From positions 32,001 through 96,000 of the forward strand of contig CAZALK010000016.1 of NCBI GenBank assembly GCA_964486045.1: a stretch of 64,000 nucleotides of DNA. Reading direction: 5' to 3'. Source of the DNA: an uncultured archaeon. Lineage in GTDB: Archaea > Asgardarchaeota > Lokiarchaeia > Sigyniarchaeales > SOKP01. The notes under the pieces are model-generated. The model ran no database searches and was not told the origin of the DNA. It saw only the letters and a program-made list of their open reading frames with translations. Below, in pieces: positions 29,613 through 39,489 of this stretch. The number at the start of each line of letters is the position of its first letter. Position 1 is the stretch's first letter. The position numbers were made by a program, and so were the translations under genes.

Positions 29613-29787
29613 AAATTTTTCTCAAAAATATATTAATTTGTAAAAAACTTAAGAATTCTTTCTTATATTACATTTGGACTTATTACATTAATAATAATTT
29701 CTTTGTAATTTTCAATTGTAAGAGTTCTCTAGTTCCTTGTTGTTATCACATTGAATATATTCAAAAAGAAAAAAGTAGATAAGAAAA

Positions 29788-29935
29788 TATGAATATCGTG
29801 ATTTATTCACTATAACCGGCGAAACAAGTTCAGGAATTCCTGGATATGACTTATTAATCCTATGCGGTATTTTAATTGGAGTTTCTTTAACAATTATGAG
29901 AAAGGCGGAAGAAAATCCTTGTCCATAAAAATTAA
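29788..29935 (+). pseudogene. Orphan 3' end of a paralogous surface protein (sorting signal only)
   Basis: YEYRDLFTITGETSSGIPGYDLLILCGILIGVSLTIMRK, then with a 1-nt shift RKKILVHKN*; aligns with the tail of 24417..29174. Confidence 0.75.
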
Positions 29936-30135
29936 TAATGGGAAATTATAGTGTAAATCGAAATTCAACTAATTTTTTTTTAATTCTTTTTTTGTCGAGA
30001 TCTACTATGAATTTAATTCAAATGAATTGAAATATACTTAGATAATTTTGGTTGAAAAAATGAATTAAATCGAAATATAGTAAAATGCTTTCAAATTAAT
30101 TTATAATATCTATTTTGAGGACACAGAAAAAAATT

Positions 30136-31662
30136 ATGGCAAGAGTTCTAGCTTTTGACATAGGTGCCAGTTCGGGAAGAGCAATAGTAGGGATATTAGA
30201 AAATGGAGTATTAAAGCTTGATGAAATTTACAGGTTCAGAAATGAAGGAGTTCGCGTTAATAATTCACTCTATTGGGATGTCTTAAGAATATTTCAAAAA
30301 ATGAAAAAAAGCTTGTTAATTTATATGAAAAAATATGGACCTATTCTAGATTCTATAGGTGTAGACACATGGGGTGTAGATTTTGTGTTACTTGATGAAA
30401 ATGATGAATTAATTGGACCAATCCACCATTATCGAGATCATAGAACAGATGGAATGCTTGAAGAGCTTTTCAAAGCCATCCCAGAAGAAGAAATTTTCAA
30501 TCAAACTGGAACTATGTTTGCACAAATTAATACTAGTGTTCAACTCTTTTCATTGCTCCACAATAATTCTCCTCGAGTTTCTATTGCAAAAACTTTTCTA
30601 ATGTTACCTGATTATTTTAACTTTTTATTTTCTGGAAAAAAGTATTGTGAATCTTCAGACGTTAGCACTTCGCAGTTATATAATCCTATTAAAAAGAATT
30701 GGGCTTTTGATTTAATTAAGAAGCTTAAACTTGACTCGAATATGTTTCCTGAAATAATTCAGTCAGGAACTGTTTTAGGAACTATCCAAGATCATATTGC
30801 TGATGAAGCGGGGTTGAGTCATGAAACTAAAATCAGTCTTCCCTTAACCCATGACACTGGATCAGCTGTAGCTGCTGTTCCAGTTGATATGGATAAATAT
30901 AATCCTGGAAAATGGGCATATCTCAGCTCAGGCACTTGGGGTTTATTAGGAGTTGAATTGGATAACCCCATAATTAACCAAAAAGTATTGAAATATAATT
31001 TTACTAATGAGGTCGGATTGCATTTTACAACAAGATTCTTGAAGGGCATAACTGGTCTCTGGTTAATCCAGGAATGTAAAAAACAATGGGAAACAAAAGA
31101 TTCCAATTTAACTTGGGATAAAATAGAATTTGAAGCAGAAGGATCTCAGCAATTTCAGAATTTCATAGATATTGATGACAAAATCTTTTTTAATTCCCCA
31201 AATATGATTGATAGTATTCAGAAACGATGTAAAAAGCATAACAAAATCCCACCAAAAACAATCGGACAAATTTCAAGGGCAATTTTTGAAAATCTTGCCT
31301 TCAAATATAAAGAGATTCTTGAACAATTGGAAGAATTGATAGGGAACAAAATTGAAATTCTCCATATCATTGGGGGTGGTAGTCAAAATAAATTATTGAA
31401 TCAATTTACTTCCAATATATTGAATATTCCCGTTTTAGCAGGACCTTCAGAAGCAACAGCAATAGGGAATATTTTAACTCAGGCTTTAGCTTTGGGTGAA
31501 CTTAAAGATATAAAGGATTTAAGACGTATAGTAAGAAAATCTTTTCAGATAATTGAATATACACCAATTGATAATGACAAATGGAGTGATGCTTATAATT
31601 TATATTTATCAAATATGGATGAAGAGGAAAGAGAAAAAAAATGGATGCTCGAGAAAGAGTAA
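30136..31662 (+). CDS. rhaB: Rhamnulokinase/L-fuculokinase (FGGY family)
   Basis: LAFDIGASSGR, DTWGVD, HDTGSAV, YLSSGTW, FTNE, IIGGGSQN, GPSEATAIGN. By context it probably acts as the fuculokinase. Confidence 0.9.
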   Translation: MARVLAFDIGASSGRAIVGILENGVLKLDEIYRFRNEGVRVNNSLYWDVLRIFQKMKKSLLIYMKKYGPILDSIGVDTWGVDFVLLDENDELIGPIHHYRDHRTDGMLEELFKAIPEEEIFNQTGTMFAQINTSVQLFSLLHNNSPRVSIAKTFLMLPDYFNFLFSGKKYCESSDVSTSQLYNPIKKNWAFDLIKKLKLDSNMFPEIIQSGTVLGTIQDHIADEAGLSHETKISLPLTHDTGSAVAAVPVDMDKYNPGKWAYLSSGTWGLLGVELDNPIINQKVLKYNFTNEVGLHFTTRFLKGITGLWLIQECKKQWETKDSNLTWDKIEFEAEGSQQFQNFIDIDDKIFFNSPNMIDSIQKRCKKHNKIPPKTIGQISRAIFENLAFKYKEILEQLEELIGNKIEILHIIGGGSQNKLLNQFTSNILNIPVLAGPSEATAIGNILTQALALGELKDIKDLRRIVRKSFQIIEYTPIDNDKWSDAYNLYLSNMDEEEREKKWMLEKE

Positions 31663-32828
31663 TAAAAGCAATAAATCATGAAGAACCGGATAAGGTTCCC
31701 TCATATGAAGGTTCTATAGATAATTTAAAGGTTTTAAACCACTATGATGAACAATATGGAATGGATGGACTAGCGACAATCCAAGAAATGATTTTTAAGC
31801 AGGCTTCTGAGAACCTTGATCTCTTAAATAAACAAATGCAGGGTGCATCTTCAAATAAAACTGCTGCTAAGTCTATGGTTGAACCATCAATAAGACTTTA
31901 CAATAAAATTGGTCTTGATTTGGTACCTATAGCTTTATGCATTCACCCTTATAAATTTTTTAGAAATGGGTTTATAAGTGAATTTGGCCATAGATTTGAA
32001 TATAAAGAAAATCCTTCTGATGGCATGCATCTTCTTTATTATATGGGTGGAACAATAAATAATTTTGAGGAGTATGAGGAGTTTCCTCTTCCAGATCCGG
32101 ACAGTCCTCTTAGAGAGAATATGTTCAAATCTTCAAAAAAGATTGAAGAAGAAAGTAATGGGAAAATTTGTTGTGCACCAGGAATCACCGGGATGATGGA
32201 AATGACGTGGGAAGGATTTGGACTAGAAAATTTTAGCAGGTTACTAGCCAATAAGAAAAATGTTAAAAAAGTATTTGATGATCGCGGTAAATTTTCTGTA
32301 GAGATGGTCAAAAGAATTATAGAATGGGGGGGAACAGGGCCTATGTTAGTTTTTGATGATTATGGCTATAAAAAAGGCTTATTCATGAGCCCAAAGAATT
32401 ATCGAGAATTAGTCATACCTTGGCTAGGCATGATTTGTGAAACTGCTCACAAAGGAGGATTACAAGTAATTTTACATAGCTGTGGAGATATTTACGAAAT
32501 TTTTGAGGATATTATAAATGCAGGAGTCGATGCCATTAATCCAATTGAACCAACCACTGCAAATCCAGATTATAATATCTTCGATTTGTATAATAAATAT
32601 GGGGGCGAAATTACATTTGTAGGGAATGTATCCCCACAAGATCTAGCAGAGAAAAACCCACAAGATATAATAGACTATACTAAAAGATTGATAAAACATG
32701 TTGCTCCTGGAGGAGGACTAATCCTTAGCTCAGGACATAGTATTAATCCTGCTGTGAAGTTAGAAAACTTTTTGGCGATGAGAAACAGCTTAGAAAAATA
32801 TGGTTCATATCCCATTAAAATCAATTAA
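31641..32828 (+). CDS. UroD/MtaA-CmuA family (cobamide methyltransferase-like) protein
   Basis: RERVIKAINHEEPDKVP, DDYG..KGLFMSP, LHSCG, GNV, GGGLILSSGHS. Confidence 0.88.
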   Translation: MDARERVIKAINHEEPDKVPSYEGSIDNLKVLNHYDEQYGMDGLATIQEMIFKQASENLDLLNKQMQGASSNKTAAKSMVEPSIRLYNKIGLDLVPIALCIHPYKFFRNGFISEFGHRFEYKENPSDGMHLLYYMGGTINNFEEYEEFPLPDPDSPLRENMFKSSKKIEEESNGKICCAPGITGMMEMTWEGFGLENFSRLLANKKNVKKVFDDRGKFSVEMVKRIIEWGGTGPMLVFDDYGYKKGLFMSPKNYRELVIPWLGMICETAHKGGLQVILHSCGDIYEIFEDIINAGVDAINPIEPTTANPDYNIFDLYNKYGGEITFVGNVSPQDLAEKNPQDIIDYTKRLIKHVAPGGGLILSSGHSINPAVKLENFLAMRNSLEKYGSYPIKIN

Positions 32829-32891
32829 GATAAATGATTTTCAATTTACATTAAATAAAAGTATTTATTGAGATAGCTCGTAAAAGTAATT

Positions 32892-35591
32892 ATGATTAAT
32901 CCTCCTAATAATTTAAGATGTGAATACCTAAAAAATCCTATAAATATTGACACTTCACTTCCCCGATTTTCATGGACATTAGAACACAAGAAGAGGAATC
33001 AATATCAATCGGCTTATCAAATTATTGTTTCTTCAGATTCAGAACGTTCAACCTCAGAAACAGGAGATATTTGGAATTCTGGAAAAGTTACCTCTAAAAA
33101 ATCTAATAACATAAGGTTTCAGGGGAAATCTCTTGAGAGTTATAAGCTTTATTACTGGCGTGTAAAATGGTGGGATAAAGAAGGTTCAGAGAGTGCCTTC
33201 AGTAATGTATCAACTTTTGGAATGGCACTTTTAGAGGAATCTGATTGGAAAGCAAAGTGGATCAGTAAAGGAGAATTTGTTAACAAACGAACAAGACGAG
33301 AATTCCAATATAAATCTGGAGGAAGAGGTCTTTTTGGCAGGTTAAGAGAAGTAAATGCAATCTATTTAAGAAAAGAATTTAATTTAGAAAAACCAATTAA
33401 AACAGCTAAACTTTACATCTGTGGATTAGGCTATTACCATTTGAGGATAAATGGGGAGAGAATAGGGGATCGAATATTAGATCCCGCACAGACGGATTAT
33501 AATAAAATTGCACTCTACTCAACATATGATATTACTGATAATTTACAAGAAAATAATGCTGTTGGTGTTATATTGGGAAATGGGCGATGTGTTGAGCTTT
33601 ACGGCTATGATTTTCCTAAACTCATAGTTCAGATTCATATAAATTATAAAGACGGAACTACTGGAATTGTAAGTACTGACAAGAGTTGGAAAGTATCAAC
33701 TGGACCTATTTTGGAGAATGGAATCTATTATGGTGAGAAGTACGACGCTCGACTTGAAATACCCGGATGGGATCATCCTAATTTTGAAGATAAAGCTTGG
33801 GATAATGTAACTGTTGTCGAAGGGTATAAATTAACCTCCCAGTTAATGCAACCAATAAATATAACTAAGGTTATGAACCCTCAAAAAATGGAGAGCCCTC
33901 AACCTGGAATGTATGTTTATGATTTTGGTCAAAATTTTACGGGATTTGTTTGTTTAAAAGTTCGAGGTCCTAGAGGAGATCAGGTAACCTTAAAATTTGC
34001 TGAAAATATAAAGGAAGACGGGACATTAAATTTTGCTACTAATAGATCTGCTCCCGTAAACGAGATATATATTCTTAAAGGAGAAGGAGAAGAAATATTT
34101 CAACCTCATTTCACCTATCATGGTTTCAGATATGTTGAGTTAACAGGATTTCCAGGTGTTCCAACATTGGAAACTATCGAAGGATTATTTTTTCATAGTA
34201 ATGTACCGAAGGTAGGTAATTTCATATGCTCAAATGATTTAATTAATAAGATTCATAAAAACATTATTTGGGGGCAGCTAAGTAATTTGATGAGTATTCC
34301 AACGGATTGTCCACAGAGGGATGAAAGACATGGATGGATGGGAGATGCCCAACTTGCGGCTGAAGAGGCAATCTTAAATTTTGATATGGCACGATTCTAT
34401 TCGAAGTATTTACAAGATATAAAATTATCTCAAAGGGATGATGGGAGCATATCAGATGTAGTTCCACCATATTGGCCTATATATCCGGCTGATCCCGCGT
34501 GGGGTACGGCGTATATCACTATTGCGTGGTATTTATATTGGTATTATAATGACATCCGGGTACTTAAAGAGCATTATAAATCATTGAAATTTTATGTTGA
34601 TTTTCTTTCTAGTAATGCCCGAAACAATATTCTATCTGTAGGGGGTAAATATGGTGATTGGTGTCCTCCAATGTGTATCGTTTCAAAAAGAACACCTCTG
34701 GATTTGGTTTCTACATGGCATTATTATCATGATACACTATTATTTTCAAAAATAGCAAAAATTTTAGGCGAGGACTATGACTACAATAAATATTCTGAAA
34801 AAGGAGAGGAAATAAAGGATGCATTTAATAGAGAATATTTAATGCGTACCTATAAATATATTAAAGTTTCCTTTACTGACGGAGCGATAAGTCAAACATC
34901 AAATGTACTACCATTATATCTTAACATGGTTCCTGAAGATAAAGAAAAATCGATATTGAATAACCTTATAGAAGCTATAACCGGTCATTATGATTATCAT
35001 ATTGATACAGGGATCGTGGGAACGAGATATATTTTTGAAGTATTAACTGACAATGGATATCCTGAAATTGCATATAAGATGATAACTCAAAAAAGTTTTC
35101 CGGGGTATGGTTATATGATTAGAGAGGGAGCAACTACGTTATGGGAAAGATGGGAAAAACTGGAAAGCTCAGGGATGAATTCGCACAATCATATTATGCT
35201 AGGATCTGTAGATACATGGTTCTATAAAACTTTAGCGGGAATTTCATCTCTAGAACCAGGATGGAATACCTTACAAATAAAACCCTTTGTTCCAGATGAT
35301 ATGAATTATGCAACTGCAAGTATAGATACCATTAAAGGAAGGATATATAGTGCTTGGGAAAAAATTGAGGATAAACTAGTTATTACTCTAAAAATTCCTG
35401 TAGGATGTAAAGCAGAGACATGGATACCAATAAAAGATATCAAAAACGAAATTAAAGAGGGAGACAGAATAATTTGGAAGGATGGGGAACAACCAGAAAC
35501 AAATAGTGAAATAGAATTCAAAGAATTAAAAGCAAATTATTTGATAATAAGTATAGGTTCTGGTTATTATAAGTTTAGTGTACAATATTAA
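32892..35591 (+). CDS. Alpha-L-rhamnosidase, GH78
   Basis: LRCEY..NP, DFGQN, FTYHGFRY, PTDCPQRDERHGWMGD, GATTLWERW, SHNH; no signal peptide. Confidence 0.95.
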   Translation: MINPPNNLRCEYLKNPINIDTSLPRFSWTLEHKKRNQYQSAYQIIVSSDSERSTSETGDIWNSGKVTSKKSNNIRFQGKSLESYKLYYWRVKWWDKEGSESAFSNVSTFGMALLEESDWKAKWISKGEFVNKRTRREFQYKSGGRGLFGRLREVNAIYLRKEFNLEKPIKTAKLYICGLGYYHLRINGERIGDRILDPAQTDYNKIALYSTYDITDNLQENNAVGVILGNGRCVELYGYDFPKLIVQIHINYKDGTTGIVSTDKSWKVSTGPILENGIYYGEKYDARLEIPGWDHPNFEDKAWDNVTVVEGYKLTSQLMQPINITKVMNPQKMESPQPGMYVYDFGQNFTGFVCLKVRGPRGDQVTLKFAENIKEDGTLNFATNRSAPVNEIYILKGEGEEIFQPHFTYHGFRYVELTGFPGVPTLETIEGLFFHSNVPKVGNFICSNDLINKIHKNIIWGQLSNLMSIPTDCPQRDERHGWMGDAQLAAEEAILNFDMARFYSKYLQDIKLSQRDDGSISDVVPPYWPIYPADPAWGTAYITIAWYLYWYYNDIRVLKEHYKSLKFYVDFLSSNARNNILSVGGKYGDWCPPMCIVSKRTPLDLVSTWHYYHDTLLFSKIAKILGEDYDYNKYSEKGEEIKDAFNREYLMRTYKYIKVSFTDGAISQTSNVLPLYLNMVPEDKEKSILNNLIEAITGHYDYHIDTGIVGTRYIFEVLTDNGYPEIAYKMITQKSFPGYGYMIREGATTLWERWEKLESSGMNSHNHIMLGSVDTWFYKTLAGISSLEPGWNTLQIKPFVPDDMNYATASIDTIKGRIYSAWEKIEDKLVITLKIPVGCKAETWIPIKDIKNEIKEGDRIIWKDGEQPETNSEIEFKELKANYLIISIGSGYYKFSVQY

Positions 35592-36616
35592 ACTGCTTGA
35601 AAAAGAGCTTCAATATTTTCAGGAGAAATATCCGGAAGAATTGCTTCATGACTCGGAGATATTATTAATCCTGTAGGGAAAATTTTCTTTAATTCATGGA
35701 CTTTTGTTCTTACCTGATTAGGAGTGCCAAACACTAATAATTCTTGTGCATCAACTCCACCACAGAAAGACACTTGTTTAAAAAAAAATTCCTTCAATTT
35801 TTTGGGCTCCATATCCGTTGCCAATGCTTGAATAGGATGAATTGCATCAATATTCAGTTTTATTAATTCTGGAATAGCCTCAAATATAGAACCACAGGAA
35901 TGATAGATTACTTTTAAGCCGTAACTTTTAGCTTGATCTACTATTTTTTTGGCTCCAGGCATTGCAAATTTGTTTATAAGCTTGGGAGATAGCATTAAAC
36001 GTTTTTGACCTCCAAAATCATTTCCAATAAGAATCGCATCAAGTTTCCCTTTAGTCGCTTCATAAAATATTTTATTAGATTTTAGATAAAAATCCACAAT
36101 TTTATTATGAACTTCTATAAAAATTTCTGGTCGTTTGAGCATATTAATAAACGCTTTTTCCATTCCAAAAGCAGAATAGACATCTTGGAAATGGGCTGAC
36201 CAGAGTACACCCATTATCGCAAAATCTTCAGGCACTGCGTCTACAACCCTTCTACATTCCTCGGGATCAATATGATCTGTAGGATCAGGCCAATCAAAGG
36301 CATCAATATCATTCTTTAAAGGATCTTTATAATCTTCGAAAAAACCGGGAGCAGTTAAAGATCGATTTTCCATGGATTGTCCCCCTTTCGGGAAATTAAA
36401 TGCCATTGCGATATGATTGTTTGGAGGATCATTATATGGTATATCGATTTCCCAAATATCTGTATCTATTTTTAATTTCAACTCTTGTAGATTCTGAACA
36501 TTAAAATATTTAAATAAGTTTTCTAATGCAGCTGCTACGGGCATCCCCAGCCAACATGCGGGTCTATCTACCGGCTTGCGCTCGATTGTAGCTAAAAATC
36601 TTTCTTTATGATTCAA
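35588..36616 (-). CDS. UroD/MtaA-CmuA family protein
   Basis: KERFLATIERKPVDRP, NDFGGQ..LMLSP, YHSCG, HPIQ, GGVDAQ, ISPSHE. Confidence 0.88.
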   Translation of the reverse strand: MNHKERFLATIERKPVDRPACWLGMPVAAALENLFKYFNVQNLQELKLKIDTDIWEIDIPYNDPPNNHIAMAFNFPKGGQSMENRSLTAPGFFEDYKDPLKNDIDAFDWPDPTDHIDPEECRRVVDAVPEDFAIMGVLWSAHFQDVYSAFGMEKAFINMLKRPEIFIEVHNKIVDFYLKSNKIFYEATKGKLDAILIGNDFGGQKRLMLSPKLINKFAMPGAKKIVDQAKSYGLKVIYHSCGSIFEAIPELIKLNIDAIHPIQALATDMEPKKLKEFFFKQVSFCGGVDAQELLVFGTPNQVRTKVHELKKIFPTGLIISPSHEAILPDISPENIEALFQAV

Positions 36617-36627
36617 CTAATTCTACC

Positions 36628-37992
36628 CTAGCTCAATATTATCTTAAATGAAATTGCAGGTGAATCTTCGATTTTTTCGGGGAGTTTAATAATTAAATTA
36701 TTATCTTTCATCCTCCACTGTAGGTTTTCTTCAATTCCCAGTAGATTAACTTCTGAAATTTCTTTTATATCAAGATCTTCTATAATTATTTCATCTTTTT
36801 CTGGTTTCCCCATTACAATCACATAGAGATTCTCTTTATTATTTGTAAATCTCACGGGGATTGCTTCAGTGGTAGTTCCTTCAGCATGGTTCCAAGGTCT
36901 AGTTCTAAAAATAGCCTCTCCATTCACATCTAACCATCTACCAAGCTCTAATAGCCGTTGTTCTTGAATTTCAGGAATTTTACCATCTACCATTGGACCG
37001 ACATTTAGTAGAAGATTTCCATTTTTACTTACAATATCAACAAGTAAAAAGACTAAATCTTTAAGCGTTAAGTAATCATCTTCCGATTCAAATTGATTAT
37101 ATCCAAAAGAATTGCCGATTCCCCTGCAAACCTCCCATTTTTTCTTCTTTATTTTCTTTTCTATCTTATATTCAGGTGTGGTATAATCATAATGAATTGA
37201 TCGAAACCTCTTCTCTTTGGGAAGATATTGATTCCATCTATTATTCACAACACCTTCGGTTATATTGTTATAATAGTAAGCAAAAATTTCATACAGATCA
37301 ACCCCAGCAGGATATCCCATATCACTCCACAGAATTTCAGGTTGATATCTATCAATTAGCTCGTACCAATGATTAGTTACCCATTTTGCGTATTTTATGC
37401 TTTGCTCATAATGTTTGGTAAAGCTTGGACCATCCATTATTGGGAAAAGATTAAAGGACCAATCCCAAGCACTTGAGTAATAAAAACCCATATTCATTCC
37501 TTCTTTTTTAACGGCACTCGTCAGTTCTCCAACTATATCTCTATTAGCAATATAATTTTCTTTATTTGGATTAGGGTATTTACTTGGCCATAAAAGAAAA
37601 CCCTCGCAATGTTTTGTTGTTAGAATAACATATTTTGCTCCAATTTTCTTAAATAAACTAGCCCATTTTTTCGGATTCCATTTTTTAATTCCTTCATTGA
37701 AAAGAGGAACAAAATCATCATAAGAGAAATTCTCTCCATAATTTTTAAAATGATATTCTTGAGTTGGGCTTCCATCAACTCTTAGAGAATTTAAATACCA
37801 TTCAGCATAGGGATTATTTTTGAAATGTTCTTCTGCTCCTCTTTTCAAAGAATCTACAAGGTCTATTCCTGTTACTGCAAAAGCCGGAACAGAAAAGAGT
37901 CCCCAATGGATAAAAATACCGAGTTTGGCATCATGAAACCACTCAGGGATTTTATGCTGCTTTATTGATTCAGAAGTTGGTAGAAATTTCAT
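36628..37992 (-). CDS. Alpha-L-fucosidase, GH29
   Basis: WFHDAKLGIFIHWG, YAEWY, TKHCEGF, LWSD nucleophile, SFGYN, VSKNGNLLLNVGP. Confidence 0.96.
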   Translation of the reverse strand: MKFLPTSESIKQHKIPEWFHDAKLGIFIHWGLFSVPAFAVTGIDLVDSLKRGAEEHFKNNPYAEWYLNSLRVDGSPTQEYHFKNYGENFSYDDFVPLFNEGIKKWNPKKWASLFKKIGAKYVILTTKHCEGFLLWPSKYPNPNKENYIANRDIVGELTSAVKKEGMNMGFYYSSAWDWSFNLFPIMDGPSFTKHYEQSIKYAKWVTNHWYELIDRYQPEILWSDMGYPAGVDLYEIFAYYYNNITEGVVNNRWNQYLPKEKRFRSIHYDYTTPEYKIEKKIKKKKWEVCRGIGNSFGYNQFESEDDYLTLKDLVFLLVDIVSKNGNLLLNVGPMVDGKIPEIQEQRLLELGRWLDVNGEAIFRTRPWNHAEGTTTEAIPVRFTNNKENLYVIVMGKPEKDEIIIEDLDIKEISEVNLLGIEENLQWRMKDNNLIIKLPEKIEDSPAISFKIILS

Positions 37993-38074
37993 TTTTATTC
38001 TCTTCAGAAGTTTTTTAATCTTATAATAGGTTTTTTTGGCAAATCTAGCAAAATATGATATTTAAAAAATAAGT

Positions 38075-39436
38075 TTAAAATATTTTTAGAACATAAGCAG
38101 CAGAGTCAGATATACTTTTTGGTAAAGACATCTCAATATTTTCACCTTTTTGTTTCCATGTTAGGCTTTTTTCATTACCTAATAATTGTATTTTTTTAGA
38201 TTCTTCAATTTTAATTGATATTATCGTTAAATTTTTTTGTTGTGGTTTGTCTAACATATGTATATACAAAATTTCACCTTTCTGTGTAAATCTAAGGTCG
38301 ATATCATCTGAAGTTTTTCCCTCTGCCCTCTCCCAAGGTCGAGTTCCATATATTGCTTCCCCATTTATTTCAAGCCATTTACCAAGGCCTAGTATAGCTT
38401 TCTTTTGGAATTCTGGAATTGTACCATCTGCCATAGGTCCAACATTAAGTAAAAGATTTCCATTTTTACTTACAATATCAATAAACATAACTATTAACTC
38501 TTTGGGACTGAGATAATCTTGTTCAGTTTCCATTTGATTATACCCGAATGAATGACCGACTCCACGGGTACTTTCCCACTTATAATCTGTAATTTCGGGC
38601 ATTATCTTGTACTCTGGAGTTGCAAAGTCTCGATGTCTCACTTTAGGATGTTTAAAATTTGATTTCTGAATTTGGATCCATCTATCGTTTACTACTCCAT
38701 CAGGATGCTTATTATAAAAGTAAGCAAAAATTTCATAGACGTTGGTGTTTGGTGGATATCCTATATCGTTCCATAATATAATAGGATCGTAATCATCAAT
38801 TAATTCATACCAGTGATTATTGGCATAATTAGTATATTCTATCATGGTTGGACCATTAGTGTTAAAACTCTTACCATCGCTTATTGGTATTGGATTCCAT
38901 GACCAATCTAAAGCCCCGGAATAGTAAAATCCCATCTTTAATCCACTTCCTTTAACTGTCTTAGTAAGTTCTCCTACTATATCTCGACTTGCGTGATAAT
39001 TATCTTTATTGGGATTTGGATATTTACTCGGCCATAGCGTGAATCCATCATGATGTTTAGTTACTAAAACAACATACTTTGCTCCAGCTTTTTTAAATAA
39101 TTCAACCATTTTATCCGGATTCCACTTTTGTATCTCATCATTAAAAATAGATACAAAATCGTCATATTCAGATTCCTCACCATAATTTTCTTTTTGATAT
39201 TTTTGTGTTGGACTTCCATTAATTCGGAGTGAATTTAAATACCACTCAGCGTAAGGATTATTTTTAAAATGCTCTTCAATTCCCCTCTTCTGTGATTCAC
39301 CGAGATCAATTTTCGATTGAGCAAAAGCAGGAACAGAGAAGAGCCCCCAATGAATAAAAATACCAAGTTTAGCGTTATTAAACCAATCAGGAACCTTATG
39401 TGATTTAATTGATTCCTTATCTGGTGTATAATTCAT
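38075..39436 (-). CDS. Alpha-L-fucosidase, GH29 (tandem paralog)
   Basis: AKLGIFIHWG, YAEWY, TKHHDGF, LWND, SFGYN, NGEAIYGTRPW. Confidence 0.96.
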   Translation of the reverse strand: MNYTPDKESIKSHKVPDWFNNAKLGIFIHWGLFSVPAFAQSKIDLGESQKRGIEEHFKNNPYAEWYLNSLRINGSPTQKYQKENYGEESEYDDFVSIFNDEIQKWNPDKMVELFKKAGAKYVVLVTKHHDGFTLWPSKYPNPNKDNYHASRDIVGELTKTVKGSGLKMGFYYSGALDWSWNPIPISDGKSFNTNGPTMIEYTNYANNHWYELIDDYDPIILWNDIGYPPNTNVYEIFAYFYNKHPDGVVNDRWIQIQKSNFKHPKVRHRDFATPEYKIMPEITDYKWESTRGVGHSFGYNQMETEQDYLSPKELIVMFIDIVSKNGNLLLNVGPMADGTIPEFQKKAILGLGKWLEINGEAIYGTRPWERAEGKTSDDIDLRFTQKGEILYIHMLDKPQQKNLTIISIKIEESKKIQLLGNEKSLTWKQKGENIEMSLPKSISDSAAYVLKIF

Positions 39437-39489
39437 ATTTTACCTTTTCTTATTTTTAGATGTATTATATTAATAAAATATTACCTTTA

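Noticed and set aside
31641-36616. Calling the UroD-family genes hemE
   Set aside because: HxC metal motif and sugar-catabolic context; no tetrapyrrole genes nearby
36628-39436. Programmed frameshifting as in the Sulfolobus alpha-fucosidase
   Set aside because: Both GH29 frames are intact
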